Shown here: piece by piece, positions 1 through 10,147 of the stretch
How positions within the stretch are numbered: the stretch's first letter is position 1
Layout: every line of letters begins with the position of its first letter
From: a virus
Taxonomy: Duplodnaviria > Caudoviricetes
Reading direction: 5' to 3' (one strand)
IMG/VR virus record: IMGVR_UViG_3300034170_000057
Length of the DNA stretch: 64,000 bases
The notes under the pieces: generated by a model
What the model saw: the letters and a program-made list of their open reading frames with translations, nothing else
What the model was told of the DNA's origin: nothing
The model's database searches: none
Program-made: the position numbers and the translations under genes

Positions 1-210
1 CCCGGCATCATCAAGCACATCGGCAAAGCTATTCCGAATGCTGGCGCCAAGTGGATGAAATCTGACGGTGAATGGATGTACTTCGGGAAGAATAAAACCG
101 ACCTGAAATCCAAGATTGCCGAAGTCGTGCGCAGCGGCATTAGCGTTTCGAACAAAGATCAGGCTCTGAAAGAGTTGTCCGAACTGACCTTCAAATATAA
201 AACCCGCTAA
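1..210 (+). CDS. hypothetical protein, 3' end (partial)
   Basis: Frame 1 is open from the window edge to TAA at 208-210, with codon usage like neighbouring genes. Confidence 0.5.
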   Translation, partial: PGIIKHIGKAIPNAGAKWMKSDGEWMYFGKNKTDLKSKIAEVVRSGISVSNKDQALKELSELTFKYKTR

Positions 211-218
211 TGGGAAAA

Positions 219-234
219 GGGCCAAGGAAGGCCC
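219..234. promoter_or_regulatory. GGGCC-AAGGAA-GGCCC hairpin (ANGGAN loop; terminator-like on the - strand)
   Basis: 5-bp GC stem 8 nt after a stop codon; preceded by AAAA, no U-tract on the + strand. Confidence 0.45.
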
Positions 235-255
235 AATTAGCGACGGGAGAAAATA

Positions 256-642
256 ATGCAAACTGGTAAAGTTGAACTGATGGCACAGCAGGTTGTTCTG
301 GCGTTCCTCGGTTTTTACACCGGGGCAATCGACGGCATTTGGAGTGACGCTACGATCCGTGCTAAGCGCGCTTTCGAATACGACGATTCGTATGTGCCGG
401 GTATTCCACACAATGGTCTGCCGTTCGCACTGAATGAGAAACTGCCGAAGGGCCTGTACTGGGAGAAAAAGGTGCTGAATCATCGCAACCTTACCCCGGA
501 AAAAATGCAGGAAATCATCAAGTCTCGTTCGCGCACTACGCCGACCGTAACACCAATCAATCCGCAGAAAAATCAGGGCCAGCAAAAGCCTGTCACGCCT
601 GTGGAAGAATCGGAGAATTCCGATGACGATGCACAAGAGTGA
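256..642 (+). CDS. peptidoglycan-binding-domain (PG_binding_1-like) protein
   Basis: QQVVLAFLGFYTGAIDGIWSDATIRAKRAFE fits the Q..L..LG...G..DG..G..T..A...F pattern; low-complexity C-terminus; SD GGGAG. Confidence 0.55.
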   Translation: MQTGKVELMAQQVVLAFLGFYTGAIDGIWSDATIRAKRAFEYDDSYVPGIPHNGLPFALNEKLPKGLYWEKKVLNHRNLTPEKMQEIIKSRSRTTPTVTPINPQKNQGQQKPVTPVEESENSDDDAQE

Positions 643-1108
643 AATAGCGTTACATTACGCTTACATCAAGTCCGGTGGAAAACACTATCGGATTCTGGCC
701 TCGAACTTTCCCCAGTTGATTGCAGGCCATGAGACCTCGGATATTTTCGGTTTCTTTGGTTTGGGTTCTGGTGAATTTTGGGGACCGCGAATTGAAGGGC
801 TGGAAGAGGGTGTGTCGGTTGTCGAGATTCCCAACACCGAAGGCGCTTTGATGTTGTGGCGGGAAAGTCCGCGCTTTATCGGATTCATTGATGCAGAGCC
901 GCACCATCGGCCAATGGTTATTTTGAAAGGTGGTGACAAAAGCGTTTATGAACTTCCGATCAATTGGGAAGTGTACACACAGTTGGGCGACAAGCTGCTA
1001 GCCACTGATATGCTGCGCACGCTTAGCCGCCGCTGGTGCTGCTACCCAACGCCAGAAGAGTACGACAGTCGCCTATCGGATATTCTTCGATTGGTTAACC
1101 TGTTTTGA
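623..1108 (+). CDS. hypothetical protein
   Basis: 161-aa ORF overlapping the previous stop. Confidence 0.55.
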   Translation: MTMHKSEIALHYAYIKSGGKHYRILASNFPQLIAGHETSDIFGFFGLGSGEFWGPRIEGLEEGVSVVEIPNTEGALMLWRESPRFIGFIDAEPHHRPMVILKGGDKSVYELPINWEVYTQLGDKLLATDMLRTLSRRWCCYPTPEEYDSRLSDILRLVNLF

Positions 1109-1161
1109 AGCACCCGGCCCTCGTTTCCTATTGGATTCGGGGGCTTCTTCGTTGTTGGAGA

Positions 1162-1173
1162 AAACTGTAAATA
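1162..1173 (+). promoter_or_regulatory. phage-specific promoter motif AWACTGTAAATA
   Basis: AAACTGTAAATA, intergenic, 33 nt before the polymerase ATG; motif recurs across the window. Confidence 0.65.
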
Positions 1174-1206
1174 TACCGTAGGCCTAATCCCCTAACGGGT
1201 ATCTCT

Positions 1207-4170
1207 ATGAAGTATGAATATGTAGAGTTTTCCCACAAGTATGGCAAGGTGCTGAAGCAGTACGACATTACCGGATTCGATAACGTTGAACTAGCCAAGC
1301 ACGTAACCAAAAAAGCTCGTGGCAAAATTCTGTTTGTGTTGGACTACATGCCGGGCGAGGCGTTGCGCAAGCGGCGTATTCTCGATGGGGCGACCGGCGA
1401 TCTTATGCAGAACCTTTTTTGGGCTGCCGAAGAGTATTACAAAGCGCCGAACAAGTTGGACGATTACAACTGGTTGTGCATGAGTTATCACAGCTTCAAA
1501 ACCGTCGGCGGTGCGCCGGGGTTTATGGAGATTGCACAGCAAGAATTCAAGAAGCGTTTGGAATACATTATCTCGGTTTACAAACCGGATACGGTTGTGA
1601 CGTTCGGGTCTGATCCGACCAAAGCAATCAGCGGCGATTTTATCGCGCAGCACAAAAGCGAACGTGGTGTTTTGTGGCAACACTTCTACGGGGTGCCGAT
1701 CAAAGCCAGCGTTACGGTGAAGGGCGACACTCACAAATTCAATCACGTATCTACCCTGTCATTGCGCTCATTGCAGAAATCCGATGACTCGATGGCAGCA
1801 GCCGGTTACGTGGCGCGGAACCTGACGACCTGTCTTAATGACGGCGAGTTGATGTACAAGATTCCGAAGTTGGATTATAAGATCGTGATGGTTGATACGA
1901 TCAAGAAATTCGACAAGATGTTGAAAGACATTACCAACGCAGAATACGTGGCAATCGACACGGAAACGCGAAATCTAAAACGGAGGAAAAACTACACGGT
2001 GACGTGGCAGTTCGCGACGGATGCGGGGAAGGCGTATATCTTGCCTTTCCTGCATAAGGACACGCCATTCCTCCCGAAAGAAATTCAGTACATCAAAGAG
2101 AAGTTGCGTGACTACTTCGAATATAAATCGAAGAACAAATACAACCTCTACGCAAACGCCGCGTTCGACCTGATCGCTGCACGTCGTGACCTTGGTGTTC
2201 GTTTCTTCAAATGCAAACTGTGGTGTGTTATCTCGGCGGAATTCGCCAAGGATGAAAACCACAAAGCGATTCAAGGTATCAGCGGGCGGAACTATTATTC
2301 GCTGCTGAATATCACCATGCAATATGGTTGTCGTGCTTACTACGAATCCGATTTCGGTAAGGAACAGCGCGCATTCATTGCGGACATGGATCTAGAAGGG
2401 CCTGTGCTTACGTACATGGCCCTCGACGTTATTGTGCTGCTACACATCCAGAAATTGCAGCTGAAGCAGGCCAAGAAAATTGGCTATAAGAAATATGAAT
2501 CGCTCGTTACTGAGCAGCTGAGTGACCAGATTCACACGCTCTCCAATCTTGAATACAACGGCTCCTATGTCGATATCGACTGGTTGTTCAAACTCAAGTC
2601 GAAAGATTCACATATTGTGCGGGAGAAAAACCGCGTAATTAAAGCGCTGTACGAATCGGAAGGTGTGGCGAAAGCGAACAAGCTGCTGGCGAAGAAAACC
2701 GGCGTGCCTGCCATGGGCCTGTTCGGTCGAACGAAAACGAAGCTGTTCAAGATCAATAAGGACGAACACAAGCAGCTGCTGTTCTTCGAAGTGCTGAAAC
2801 TCAAGCCGCTGACGATGAACAAAAAGGGTCAGGGCAAGATCGACAAAGACTTCCAAAAGAAATACGAAGACGTACCGGAAGTTAAGCTGTTTACCGAACT
2901 GACCAAGATCGAAAAACTCTACAACGCATACGTGAAGAGCTTCATTAAAAAATGGGGCGAAGACGAAGACTTCCGATTCGACCGCTGCATGCGTCCTCGA
3001 TTCGGTTATCTCGATGTGGTTACGGGTCGAACATCGGCACGCGATCCAACGTTGCAGACAATTCCGTCGCGTAGTGAAATGGGTAAACTGATTAAACGAT
3101 TGTTCATTGCACCGAACGGTCGAATAATTATCAAGGTGGACTACTCGGCGCACGAAGTACGATGCTGGTCGCTGATTTCCGGCGATGGCGCGGTAGCCGA
3201 TGCATTCCGGATTGGTTTGAAATTGCGTGAGAAATTCAAGCGCAAACCAACCCTCGACCTTGCCCAAGAAATTGACCTGAAAGGTGACGTACACAAAATC
3301 AACGCCGCGTTCTTCTTCCGTAAGAAAATTCAGGAAGTTGACAAGGTGATGCGTCAAGCGGTTAAGCAGGTAATTTTCGGTCTGATTTACCAGCAAGGCG
3401 CGAAGGGTACAGCGAAGTCGATTAATGCCACGGTCGAAATGGTTGAAGAGCTGACGACACAGTTCTTTAAACGCTTCCCTGTTGGCGGTAAGTGGTTTGA
3501 GAAGGCCAAGGCACACGCACGTAAGCACCTGTACGTGGAATCGCCTGTGGGCCGTCGTCGTAACCTGTGGGCGTTGATCACGCCGCAATCGCATGAGGAC
3601 TCCGGCAACATCCTGTCGCGTTCCGAACGGCAATCTGTAAATAGCCCAGTACAGGGCATGGGTTCTGATTTCATGATGACGGGTGCCCGCTGCATTGAAC
3701 GTCGCCGGTTTGAGCATTTCCAGAAGACCGGTCACTATCCTGATTTCATTCAGGCAAATAGCGTACACGACTCCCTTGAATTCTCGTGTGCATACGAAGA
3801 CATTTGGCTGGCAATTCAGATGATCGAAGAGGGCCTGACCAACGACGTAGAACGCGAAATGATCGCACGTCACGATTTCAAGTTTGATATCCAATTGGAA
3901 ATCGACTTCGAATTCGGTCACTCGCTCGATAAGTGCGAAGGTTGGAATTACGCTTTGACTGGTGATTTCAAGACGAAAGATAAATACGCATTCAACGAAG
4001 TAATCATGAAAACTCTTCGGGGTCAGCGCGACGATCTAGGTTTCGATCTTGATCCAAACGCCACGTTCAAACAAATCATGGCGCGCATGAAAGAGGACGC
4101 ACCGGAATGGGCCTTGAAACAGAAAAACTTTTGGACGAAACAGGGTGTGAAGATCAAGGCTACGGCGTAG
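1207..4170 (+). CDS. polA: DNA polymerase family A with N-terminal UDG-like domain and 3'-5' exonuclease
   Basis: ExoI IDTETR; motif A KVDYSAHEVR; motif B RQAVKQVIFGLIY; motif C NSVHDSLEF; TGRTSARDPTLQTIP; N-terminus KILFVLDYMPG...GATGDLMQNL resembles family-4 UDG. Confidence 0.95.
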   Translation: MKYEYVEFSHKYGKVLKQYDITGFDNVELAKHVTKKARGKILFVLDYMPGEALRKRRILDGATGDLMQNLFWAAEEYYKAPNKLDDYNWLCMSYHSFKTVGGAPGFMEIAQQEFKKRLEYIISVYKPDTVVTFGSDPTKAISGDFIAQHKSERGVLWQHFYGVPIKASVTVKGDTHKFNHVSTLSLRSLQKSDDSMAAAGYVARNLTTCLNDGELMYKIPKLDYKIVMVDTIKKFDKMLKDITNAEYVAIDTETRNLKRRKNYTVTWQFATDAGKAYILPFLHKDTPFLPKEIQYIKEKLRDYFEYKSKNKYNLYANAAFDLIAARRDLGVRFFKCKLWCVISAEFAKDENHKAIQGISGRNYYSLLNITMQYGCRAYYESDFGKEQRAFIADMDLEGPVLTYMALDVIVLLHIQKLQLKQAKKIGYKKYESLVTEQLSDQIHTLSNLEYNGSYVDIDWLFKLKSKDSHIVREKNRVIKALYESEGVAKANKLLAKKTGVPAMGLFGRTKTKLFKINKDEHKQLLFFEVLKLKPLTMNKKGQGKIDKDFQKKYEDVPEVKLFTELTKIEKLYNAYVKSFIKKWGEDEDFRFDRCMRPRFGYLDVVTGRTSARDPTLQTIPSRSEMGKLIKRLFIAPNGRIIIKVDYSAHEVRCWSLISGDGAVADAFRIGLKLREKFKRKPTLDLAQEIDLKGDVHKINAAFFFRKKIQEVDKVMRQAVKQVIFGLIYQQGAKGTAKSINATVEMVEELTTQFFKRFPVGGKWFEKAKAHARKHLYVESPVGRRRNLWALITPQSHEDSGNILSRSERQSVNSPVQGMGSDFMMTGARCIERRRFEHFQKTGHYPDFIQANSVHDSLEFSCAYEDIWLAIQMIEEGLTNDVEREMIARHDFKFDIQLEIDFEFGHSLDKCEGWNYALTGDFKTKDKYAFNEVIMKTLRGQRDDLGFDLDPNATFKQIMARMKEDAPEWALKQKNFWTKQGVKIKATA

Positions 4171-4181
4171 ACGTAAGCGGC

Positions 4182-4496
4182 ATGCGCATAACGGAATTTT
4201 CAGCCTCGGTGCATGGTGCGGATATCAACGATCCGCGCCTAGCTGACCTCTGCACATTCCTGCAAGCGCTGGTGTTTCGTTTGCAGGCCGTCGATACCGA
4301 TATGCCGGTCTACGCAACACAGGAATCCGTGGATGAGCTTCTGGATATTCTAGAGGCTCAAGTGGTCACGAAATTCAAATTGGTATTCGCGTGGGATGGT
4401 GTGATCGCCGTATGTGAGGAAACAGAAACCCTGAGCATGCTGATTCGAATGATCGGCTACGACCACGCAAACATTTTCGGATATACCCTACAATGA
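4182..4496 (+). CDS. hypothetical protein
   Basis: In-frame ATG at 4182 just after the polA stop; ATGA overlap with the next gene. Confidence 0.55.
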   Translation: MRITEFSASVHGADINDPRLADLCTFLQALVFRLQAVDTDMPVYATQESVDELLDILEAQVVTKFKLVFAWDGVIAVCEETETLSMLIRMIGYDHANIFGYTLQ

Positions 4497-5635
4497 AATT
4501 GATCGAAGGTAACGAACTAGAATTCGAGTGTAACGGTAAGGAATTTGCCTCAACACTTTCCAACATTATCAACGTGACGATGTACATCAAAGCGGACGAT
4601 GCCAAGTTTATTTTGGCGACACAAAAAGGCAAAGGTATTTTCCTGATTGGTTCGTCCACTGATGCACTGGCCTGTGCAAAGATCGGTGGTACTGCCACCA
4701 AATCGGGCACTGTGAAAATCGACGCGCCAACCCTGATCGGCCTGTTGAAATCTCGTGGTGACTGCCTGTTCAAAACGGGCGGCGGTCAAATCGCTTTCAA
4801 GGAAAAGAAAGGCAACTTCAAAGCGACGATCAACGTTACGGAATTCGACGCTGACGATATCCAGATGTTGGAACACCAATTGGTCGGCAAGAAAACCGAT
4901 CCAATGCCAAAGGATGTTGTGACGAAGTTGCGCGATGCTGTGAAGCGTGTGCGTCTTCAGGATTTCTATGGATCGTCGGAACTCCCGATCATCTTTGAAA
5001 TCGGCACAAAAGTCATGCGCGTGTACTGCCACGACGAACACCACGTGGCACTGTTCAAAACGAAAGTGAAGAACAACGCCCCGCTGAAAACTGCACTGCC
5101 TGCCAAAGCGTTTTCCGTGATCGAAAAGTTCATCCAATCCGACAAGATTAGTTTCTCGGTGGACTCCGGTCGGTTCCGTGCAACTGGTGCTGATTTCACC
5201 GTGTCGATTCCCGAAGGCCAGTTGCTTTATGGCGAAGTCGGGCAGGCGGTGATTTACAACAAAGCACTAGATGAAATGAAAGTTATGAGCGCCATGACCT
5301 TCGACACGAAAGCTGTCGATGTGGTTTCGAACATGGCGGTTCTGACTGACGGCGAAACGAAAATGGCGCTCGCTCTGGAAGAGGGCCACGTGAAAATGAG
5401 CGTGCAGGGCAAAGGCGGTCGTGTATCCGATGAATTCGAAGCCAACGTAACCGGGAAGGCCATGGATATTCGTGTTGACCCACGGATTTTTATGGATCTT
5501 TTTAATAAAGTATCCGGTATCGAAATCGACATGAACTTCTACAAGGTGCCCGGTGCAATGTCGGCCTATCGCCTTGTGACAAAAGTCGATGGCGGCACCC
5601 TGACTCTGGTCGGCACATATGATGAAGCGAAGTAG
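4493..5635 (+). CDS. DNA polymerase sliding clamp (DnaN/beta-clamp-like)
   Basis: 380 aa (beta-clamp size); repeating beta-alpha pattern; C-terminal IRVDPRIFMDLFNKV...IDMNF resembles I.FN..YL.D.L....; next to polA. Confidence 0.55.
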   Translation: MKLIEGNELEFECNGKEFASTLSNIINVTMYIKADDAKFILATQKGKGIFLIGSSTDALACAKIGGTATKSGTVKIDAPTLIGLLKSRGDCLFKTGGGQIAFKEKKGNFKATINVTEFDADDIQMLEHQLVGKKTDPMPKDVVTKLRDAVKRVRLQDFYGSSELPIIFEIGTKVMRVYCHDEHHVALFKTKVKNNAPLKTALPAKAFSVIEKFIQSDKISFSVDSGRFRATGADFTVSIPEGQLLYGEVGQAVIYNKALDEMKVMSAMTFDTKAVDVVSNMAVLTDGETKMALALEEGHVKMSVQGKGGRVSDEFEANVTGKAMDIRVDPRIFMDLFNKVSGIEIDMNFYKVPGAMSAYRLVTKVDGGTLTLVGTYDEAK

Positions 5636-6065
5636 CATTAGCCCGATATTTAGTCTGGCTGACACGTTCACCCACACCGTGCAGCAGATTGAAACTTTCG
5701 AAGATTTTGGATCGGCCCATGACGGCCACCATATCGGGCTGTTCTTCCGGAAACTAGTTGATCAACCAATGATGATCGACTATGAAAATCCTGAGCCGCT
5801 GAATCGCTTTTGCAAGATGTACAATTTCGTGAATAAGCGCCGTTCTGTCTACGGGCATTTGTTTGTAATCTCGGATGTTTCCAAGGTGGAACTGGCGCCT
5901 CACAAGATGGTGATTTCCTGTAACAAAAAGGAACGCTACGATTCGTCGCAGCACCCGATCACGACCTACCGACAAAAACTGTTAATATTCAAGAGCAGCA
6001 CAGGTTCCGTGCTGGCCCTGAGTGGCAACGCAGTATCTCCTTACCTTGTGACTGAGGCTGTTTAA
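5619..6065 (+). CDS. hypothetical protein
   Basis: 148-aa ORF in the replication operon. Confidence 0.55.
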   Translation: MMKRSSISPIFSLADTFTHTVQQIETFEDFGSAHDGHHIGLFFRKLVDQPMMIDYENPEPLNRFCKMYNFVNKRRSVYGHLFVISDVSKVELAPHKMVISCNKKERYDSSQHPITTYRQKLLIFKSSTGSVLALSGNAVSPYLVTEAV

Positions 6066-6449
6066 ATGCGCTACTTCGAAGAAACCGAACACGGCGAATT
6101 GCTGTGTGCGATGATCTACACGTTTGCCAAGGTCTGCGGGGTTTTGCATTACCCGCATTGGGAACAGCAAGCCACGGCTGACCGCCTGCGCTATTCCGAG
6201 GCGTTGCAGGAATTGGGGGAAATGATTCACGACCACCAATCGCAATTCAAAGAAGACGAACAGATGGCACCGTTCGACGCGAGTATCTGGTATCGCGCCA
6301 ACTGGCGGATCTTTCCATGGTGCGATCCCGAGTATTCCAACCTGACCGAAATCAATCAAGAATTCGTGTTGAGTACAGCGGAATTCAGTATCGCAATGGC
6401 TGGGCATTACGGCACCCAACTTGAGCCGGAAGAGGACGTAAATGAGTAG
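6066..6449 (+). CDS. hypothetical protein
   Basis: 127-aa ORF, TAAATG junction with the previous gene. Confidence 0.6.
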   Translation: MRYFEETEHGELLCAMIYTFAKVCGVLHYPHWEQQATADRLRYSEALQELGEMIHDHQSQFKEDEQMAPFDASIWYRANWRIFPWCDPEYSNLTEINQEFVLSTAEFSIAMAGHYGTQLEPEEDVNE

Positions 6450-6987
6450 TCGTGAAGAATGGAAGGCGATCCGGCGCATACTGAAAAAGAACCCGCGCTA
6501 TCAGCAGTTCCTCGAAAACTTTCGGGGCAACCCGGCATACAATATTGATTTCGAGGAATTCCACCAAGAATTACAACGCCTTCACACCACACGACTAACC
6601 CGTGAATTGAAGCGTAAGAAATCCCGCTCGTTCCCGGAAAAAGCCTTGGACGCAATGCTGCAAGATCAATCGACGCGCAGCCGCTGTGCTGAAATCCTCG
6701 GCCAATGTACCAAGATCAGCAGCGCCATGGACCGCAACCTATCCAAGCTGCGCGATTACCTGTGTTCTGAATATTCGGATTCGCTGAAACGAGTCGGTAC
6801 ACAGGTCGAACGGAAATCTTTTGTGGAAGCGCTCATGCGTGACTTCTACGATTTCTTTGACGAAGTAAAAACGCTGGAGAAATCCGCCAGCATTGTTATC
6901 GAAGATATCGACAAAGCGAACTACATGTTCAAGAACCTTGTCGAAATCATTAAAGTCCTCTCACGACCTGAGCAAGTAATCCTATGA
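6442..6987 (+). CDS. helical/coiled-coil protein, possibly UvsY-like recombination mediator
   Basis: All-helical charged 181 aa near a UvsW-like helicase; the UvsY link is positional only. Confidence 0.3.
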   Translation: MSSREEWKAIRRILKKNPRYQQFLENFRGNPAYNIDFEEFHQELQRLHTTRLTRELKRKKSRSFPEKALDAMLQDQSTRSRCAEILGQCTKISSAMDRNLSKLRDYLCSEYSDSLKRVGTQVERKSFVEALMRDFYDFFDEVKTLEKSASIVIEDIDKANYMFKNLVEIIKVLSRPEQVIL

Positions 6988-7298
6988 AAACGGCATTCGT
7001 GTACGCAGAAAAAGAAGTGTCCAACGACGAACTATTCGAGCGCTTCAAGGGCACTCGCATTACTCGGTGCAACAGTATCATTATGCTGGACACCGAAGGT
7101 TCGACCGATGACCTTCAACAATTTCACGACGAAATTGAAGAGTACACGAATGCATCGCATGAGCCTGTGCTGGTCGCGGTTTATACCGAAGACCTCGGCA
7201 TGCTTCGCGGTATTGTTTTCGCTCTGCTGGAACGCGGGCTGTCTGTGGTTTTTGAACTGGACGATTATCAACGGAAAATGATTGGTGAATCCAAATGA
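6984..7298 (+). CDS. hypothetical protein
   Basis: ATGA overlaps at both ends. Confidence 0.6.
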   Translation: MKTAFVYAEKEVSNDELFERFKGTRITRCNSIIMLDTEGSTDDLQQFHDEIEEYTNASHEPVLVAVYTEDLGMLRGIVFALLERGLSVVFELDDYQRKMIGESK

Positions 7299-7618
7299 CC
7301 GAAGTGTCTACCGCTACACCGAAAAATATTCTGGTTGTCGTGCATGACCACATGACTGCGCCGGAAAATCTGCGCACGATGTTCAGCAATTGCCGCAACC
7401 GTTTCAACGAAGTGTTCCAGTCCCAACTGGATGACGTGAACGATTTGTGGCCGCTCATGCACAATACAGCGGACGCACATCCGGGTTCGTTCATCGTATT
7501 CGAATTGCAGCTGGCAAATCCCGATGTGATCCGCGCCGCACAACGCTACGTGTTTACCGAACTGCCCAGCATTACGCTAGCGCATAGTCCGCTATTGGGG
7601 CCGCTCTTAAACGACTGA
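7295..7618 (+). CDS. hypothetical protein
   Basis: 107-aa ORF, coupled to the previous gene. Confidence 0.55.
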   Translation: MTEVSTATPKNILVVVHDHMTAPENLRTMFSNCRNRFNEVFQSQLDDVNDLWPLMHNTADAHPGSFIVFELQLANPDVIRAAQRYVFTELPSITLAHSPLLGPLLND

Positions 7619-7646
7619 TACATACACCTTTATCCGAAGTGAGTGC

Positions 7647-9326
7647 ATGGGAAAAATAATCGTATCGGATAAGATGTACATTCCGAAATTCGACCTCAAG
7701 GAAAGGCTAGTCACGAAGGAATATTCACATGACTTCTTTTCTGATATGGGTTGTCGAAGTTGCGAGCTACGGCCAGAGCGTCCGGTAGCAGCCTGTAAGG
7801 GTTGTGAGAACTTTAACGGTTCATACCGGCTGGCCCGCGCTGCTGTAATCGGGAATAAAGAGTACATCGGCCTACCACTAGGCGACCGGCAAAACATCGA
7901 AGAAAAAATGCGCATTGATTTCGACGACTACAAAATCGTCGATAAGCGCACACGTGCCCCCTTCGATTACAAAGTCAAAATCGACTTAGGCGAAGACCGC
8001 GATTGGTTTAGCTATCAGCTCAAAACCGTTAAGCGAATGAAAGAGGCCAAGTACGGCCTTTTCGTGCTTCCGCCCCGTTCCGGTAAATCGCTTACTGCAT
8101 TAAAACTGGCAATCGAACTAGGACATAAAGTTCTGTTGATGGCCGACCAATACGACTTCCTGAATCAATTCATCGGGGATATCGAAGAGTCCACCAACCT
8201 GCCAAGATTGCAGGAACGGACGGGCAAAAAGCTGTACGGATTTATCAAGTGCGTCGAAGACCTCGAAGACATTCAAATCGGGATCATCACCTACCAAAGT
8301 TTCCTGAGCAAGAATGGTAAAAAGCTGCTGAAAGCGTGCAACAAAACTTTCGGCACCGTGGTAGTGGACGAAGTGCAGGCAACGGGCGCGCCCGAGTTTG
8401 CGAACGTCATGAACAATCTGAAAATGCGTTACCGCTTCGGCTGTACCGGTACTGAGAAACGCAAGGACGGCAAAGACAAAATCACCACGTTGGTAATCGG
8501 TGAAGTTAAGTCCAAGATCCTGCGTGCGCAGCTGGTTGCAAAAATGCTGGCGGTTGATACCGGCATGAAATCGAAAGGTGTGTTCAAAGGCAAACCGGGT
8601 TTTGTGAAGCTGGGCAAATCGCTGGCGAATCACAAGAAGCGAAACGAATTCATTATCCAGTGGATTCTGAAAGACCTTGAGGCCGGACACAGCATCGTAA
8701 TTCCCTGCCATTTCAAACAACACATTTTCGATATCGTGAAGCGCGTTAATACGCTGGTCGGTTACGAAGTGGCGGCTGCCTTTGTTGGTGGCGGTGGCAA
8801 GAAAAACAAGTTGGAACGTGACCACATTAAAAAGATGGCGAACGAACGGAAAATTCGTGTTGTTGTCGGTATCCGTCGCCTGTTGCAGCGCGGTATCAAC
8901 ATCAAGCCATGGTCATGCCTGTACTACATCATGCCGATGAACAACGAACCAAACTGGAAACAGGAAAGTTCGCGTATTTTGACGCCTGATCCTGACAAGC
9001 GACAACCCATAATTCGTTTCTTCGTGGACACGGGCGCGCAAGCCTCATTGAAGTATTGTGCGAACACGTGGAAACAGGCATTGGAATTTAAACACCAGCC
9101 GACCGAAGTTGCTGAAGAGCGTATGAAATTGTGGTTACGAAATGTGAAGCGTGATATTGGGGAAGACTACGAACCTGACGAACAGGTCGAAGTTTCCAAG
9201 GTCGCGCACAATGACGGCGCAAGTATGTTCGGTGGTATGTTCGCCAAGTTGGGCGCGGGCATTCGCAAACAGAAGAACGAAAACAAGGCTGAGAGAAAAT
9301 CGAAATGGGCGAAGAAAAACAAGTAG
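7647..9326 (+). CDS. superfamily 2 DNA helicase (UvsW/ResIII-like)
   Basis: Walker A LPPRSGKS, DEVQ, motif III TGT, RGINIK, QESSRILT; N-terminal CxxC-x10-CxxC. Confidence 0.85.
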   Translation: MGKIIVSDKMYIPKFDLKERLVTKEYSHDFFSDMGCRSCELRPERPVAACKGCENFNGSYRLARAAVIGNKEYIGLPLGDRQNIEEKMRIDFDDYKIVDKRTRAPFDYKVKIDLGEDRDWFSYQLKTVKRMKEAKYGLFVLPPRSGKSLTALKLAIELGHKVLLMADQYDFLNQFIGDIEESTNLPRLQERTGKKLYGFIKCVEDLEDIQIGIITYQSFLSKNGKKLLKACNKTFGTVVVDEVQATGAPEFANVMNNLKMRYRFGCTGTEKRKDGKDKITTLVIGEVKSKILRAQLVAKMLAVDTGMKSKGVFKGKPGFVKLGKSLANHKKRNEFIIQWILKDLEAGHSIVIPCHFKQHIFDIVKRVNTLVGYEVAAAFVGGGGKKNKLERDHIKKMANERKIRVVVGIRRLLQRGINIKPWSCLYYIMPMNNEPNWKQESSRILTPDPDKRQPIIRFFVDTGAQASLKYCANTWKQALEFKHQPTEVAEERMKLWLRNVKRDIGEDYEPDEQVEVSKVAHNDGASMFGGMFAKLGAGIRKQKNENKAERKSKWAKKNK

Positions 9327-9547
9327 TTCTGACCGACCGTCAAATCGCAGAAATGTCGAAAGAGCAGCAGAAAGAATTGCTGATGACTAACCTGCGCCAG
9401 CTTATGCTCACTGATCGGAAAGCAGGGGAGAAATTCCTCAAGATGTTGAACCCGGATCTTGAACCGGTCAACACCAACGAACTGTTTCAGCGCGGACGTA
9501 AGCTCAATCGTGCGGAACGTCGGGCACAGAAACACCGAGGTAAATAA
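9305..9547 (+). CDS. hypothetical protein
   Basis: 80-aa basic ORF ending LNRAERRAQKHRGK. Confidence 0.5.
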   Translation: MGEEKQVVLTDRQIAEMSKEQQKELLMTNLRQLMLTDRKAGEKFLKMLNPDLEPVNTNELFQRGRKLNRAERRAQKHRGK

Positions 9548-9549
9548 TC

Positions 9550-9882
9550 ATGTTTTCACGTGCGCAACGATTGCGTTTCTACAAGTGGCTCAAAGGTTGG
9601 GCCGCTAGAAAAGAACGTAAAGCGGATATGGAACGCCGCTTTAGCACCCTGTGCTGTCCGCACTGCAACACGTGGGATTCCAATATGCCTAACCGTCGCT
9701 GGGAAGGCATGAATCCAAATACACCAACGCCGCAACACGACCAGTTTAAATGCGGGCAGTGTGGGCAATGGACAACTTGGCTGGATACCGGGATGGGCAG
9801 AGCCCTCGACGATCCGGCATTCCCTGATAACCGACCGCAATGGGTCGAAGTGAAACCGAAAAATGAAGGATCTGATACGTAA
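9550..9882 (+). CDS. zinc-ribbon protein
   Basis: CPHC and CGQC pairs. Confidence 0.6.
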   Translation: MFSRAQRLRFYKWLKGWAARKERKADMERRFSTLCCPHCNTWDSNMPNRRWEGMNPNTPTPQHDQFKCGQCGQWTTWLDTGMGRALDDPAFPDNRPQWVEVKPKNEGSDT

Positions 9883-10147
9883 ACTTTTTGGTATCCGCAA
9901 TTACGAAGAGGACTTCGACGCGGGTGTTAAATATGTAAAATCTGAATTGCGCAAATACGGCAAAAACAATCTGATGGAAAATAGTCGGTTGTGGGCTGAG
10001 TGTGATTCGAGTGGTTTTGACCCTACGGGCTATGACGCGGGTATGCGACAGGCTCTGAAAACTTACGATATTCCACACCCTTTTGATCAGGTGAATTATG
10101 GAACACGAATCGCCGCTACCGATGCTGACTGTGGTTGTAAACGGTAA
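9863..10147 (+). CDS. hypothetical protein
   Basis: 94-aa ORF, coupled overlaps. Confidence 0.55.
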   Translation: MKDLIRKLFGIRNYEEDFDAGVKYVKSELRKYGKNNLMENSRLWAECDSSGFDPTGYDAGMRQALKTYDIPHPFDQVNYGTRIAATDADCGCKR

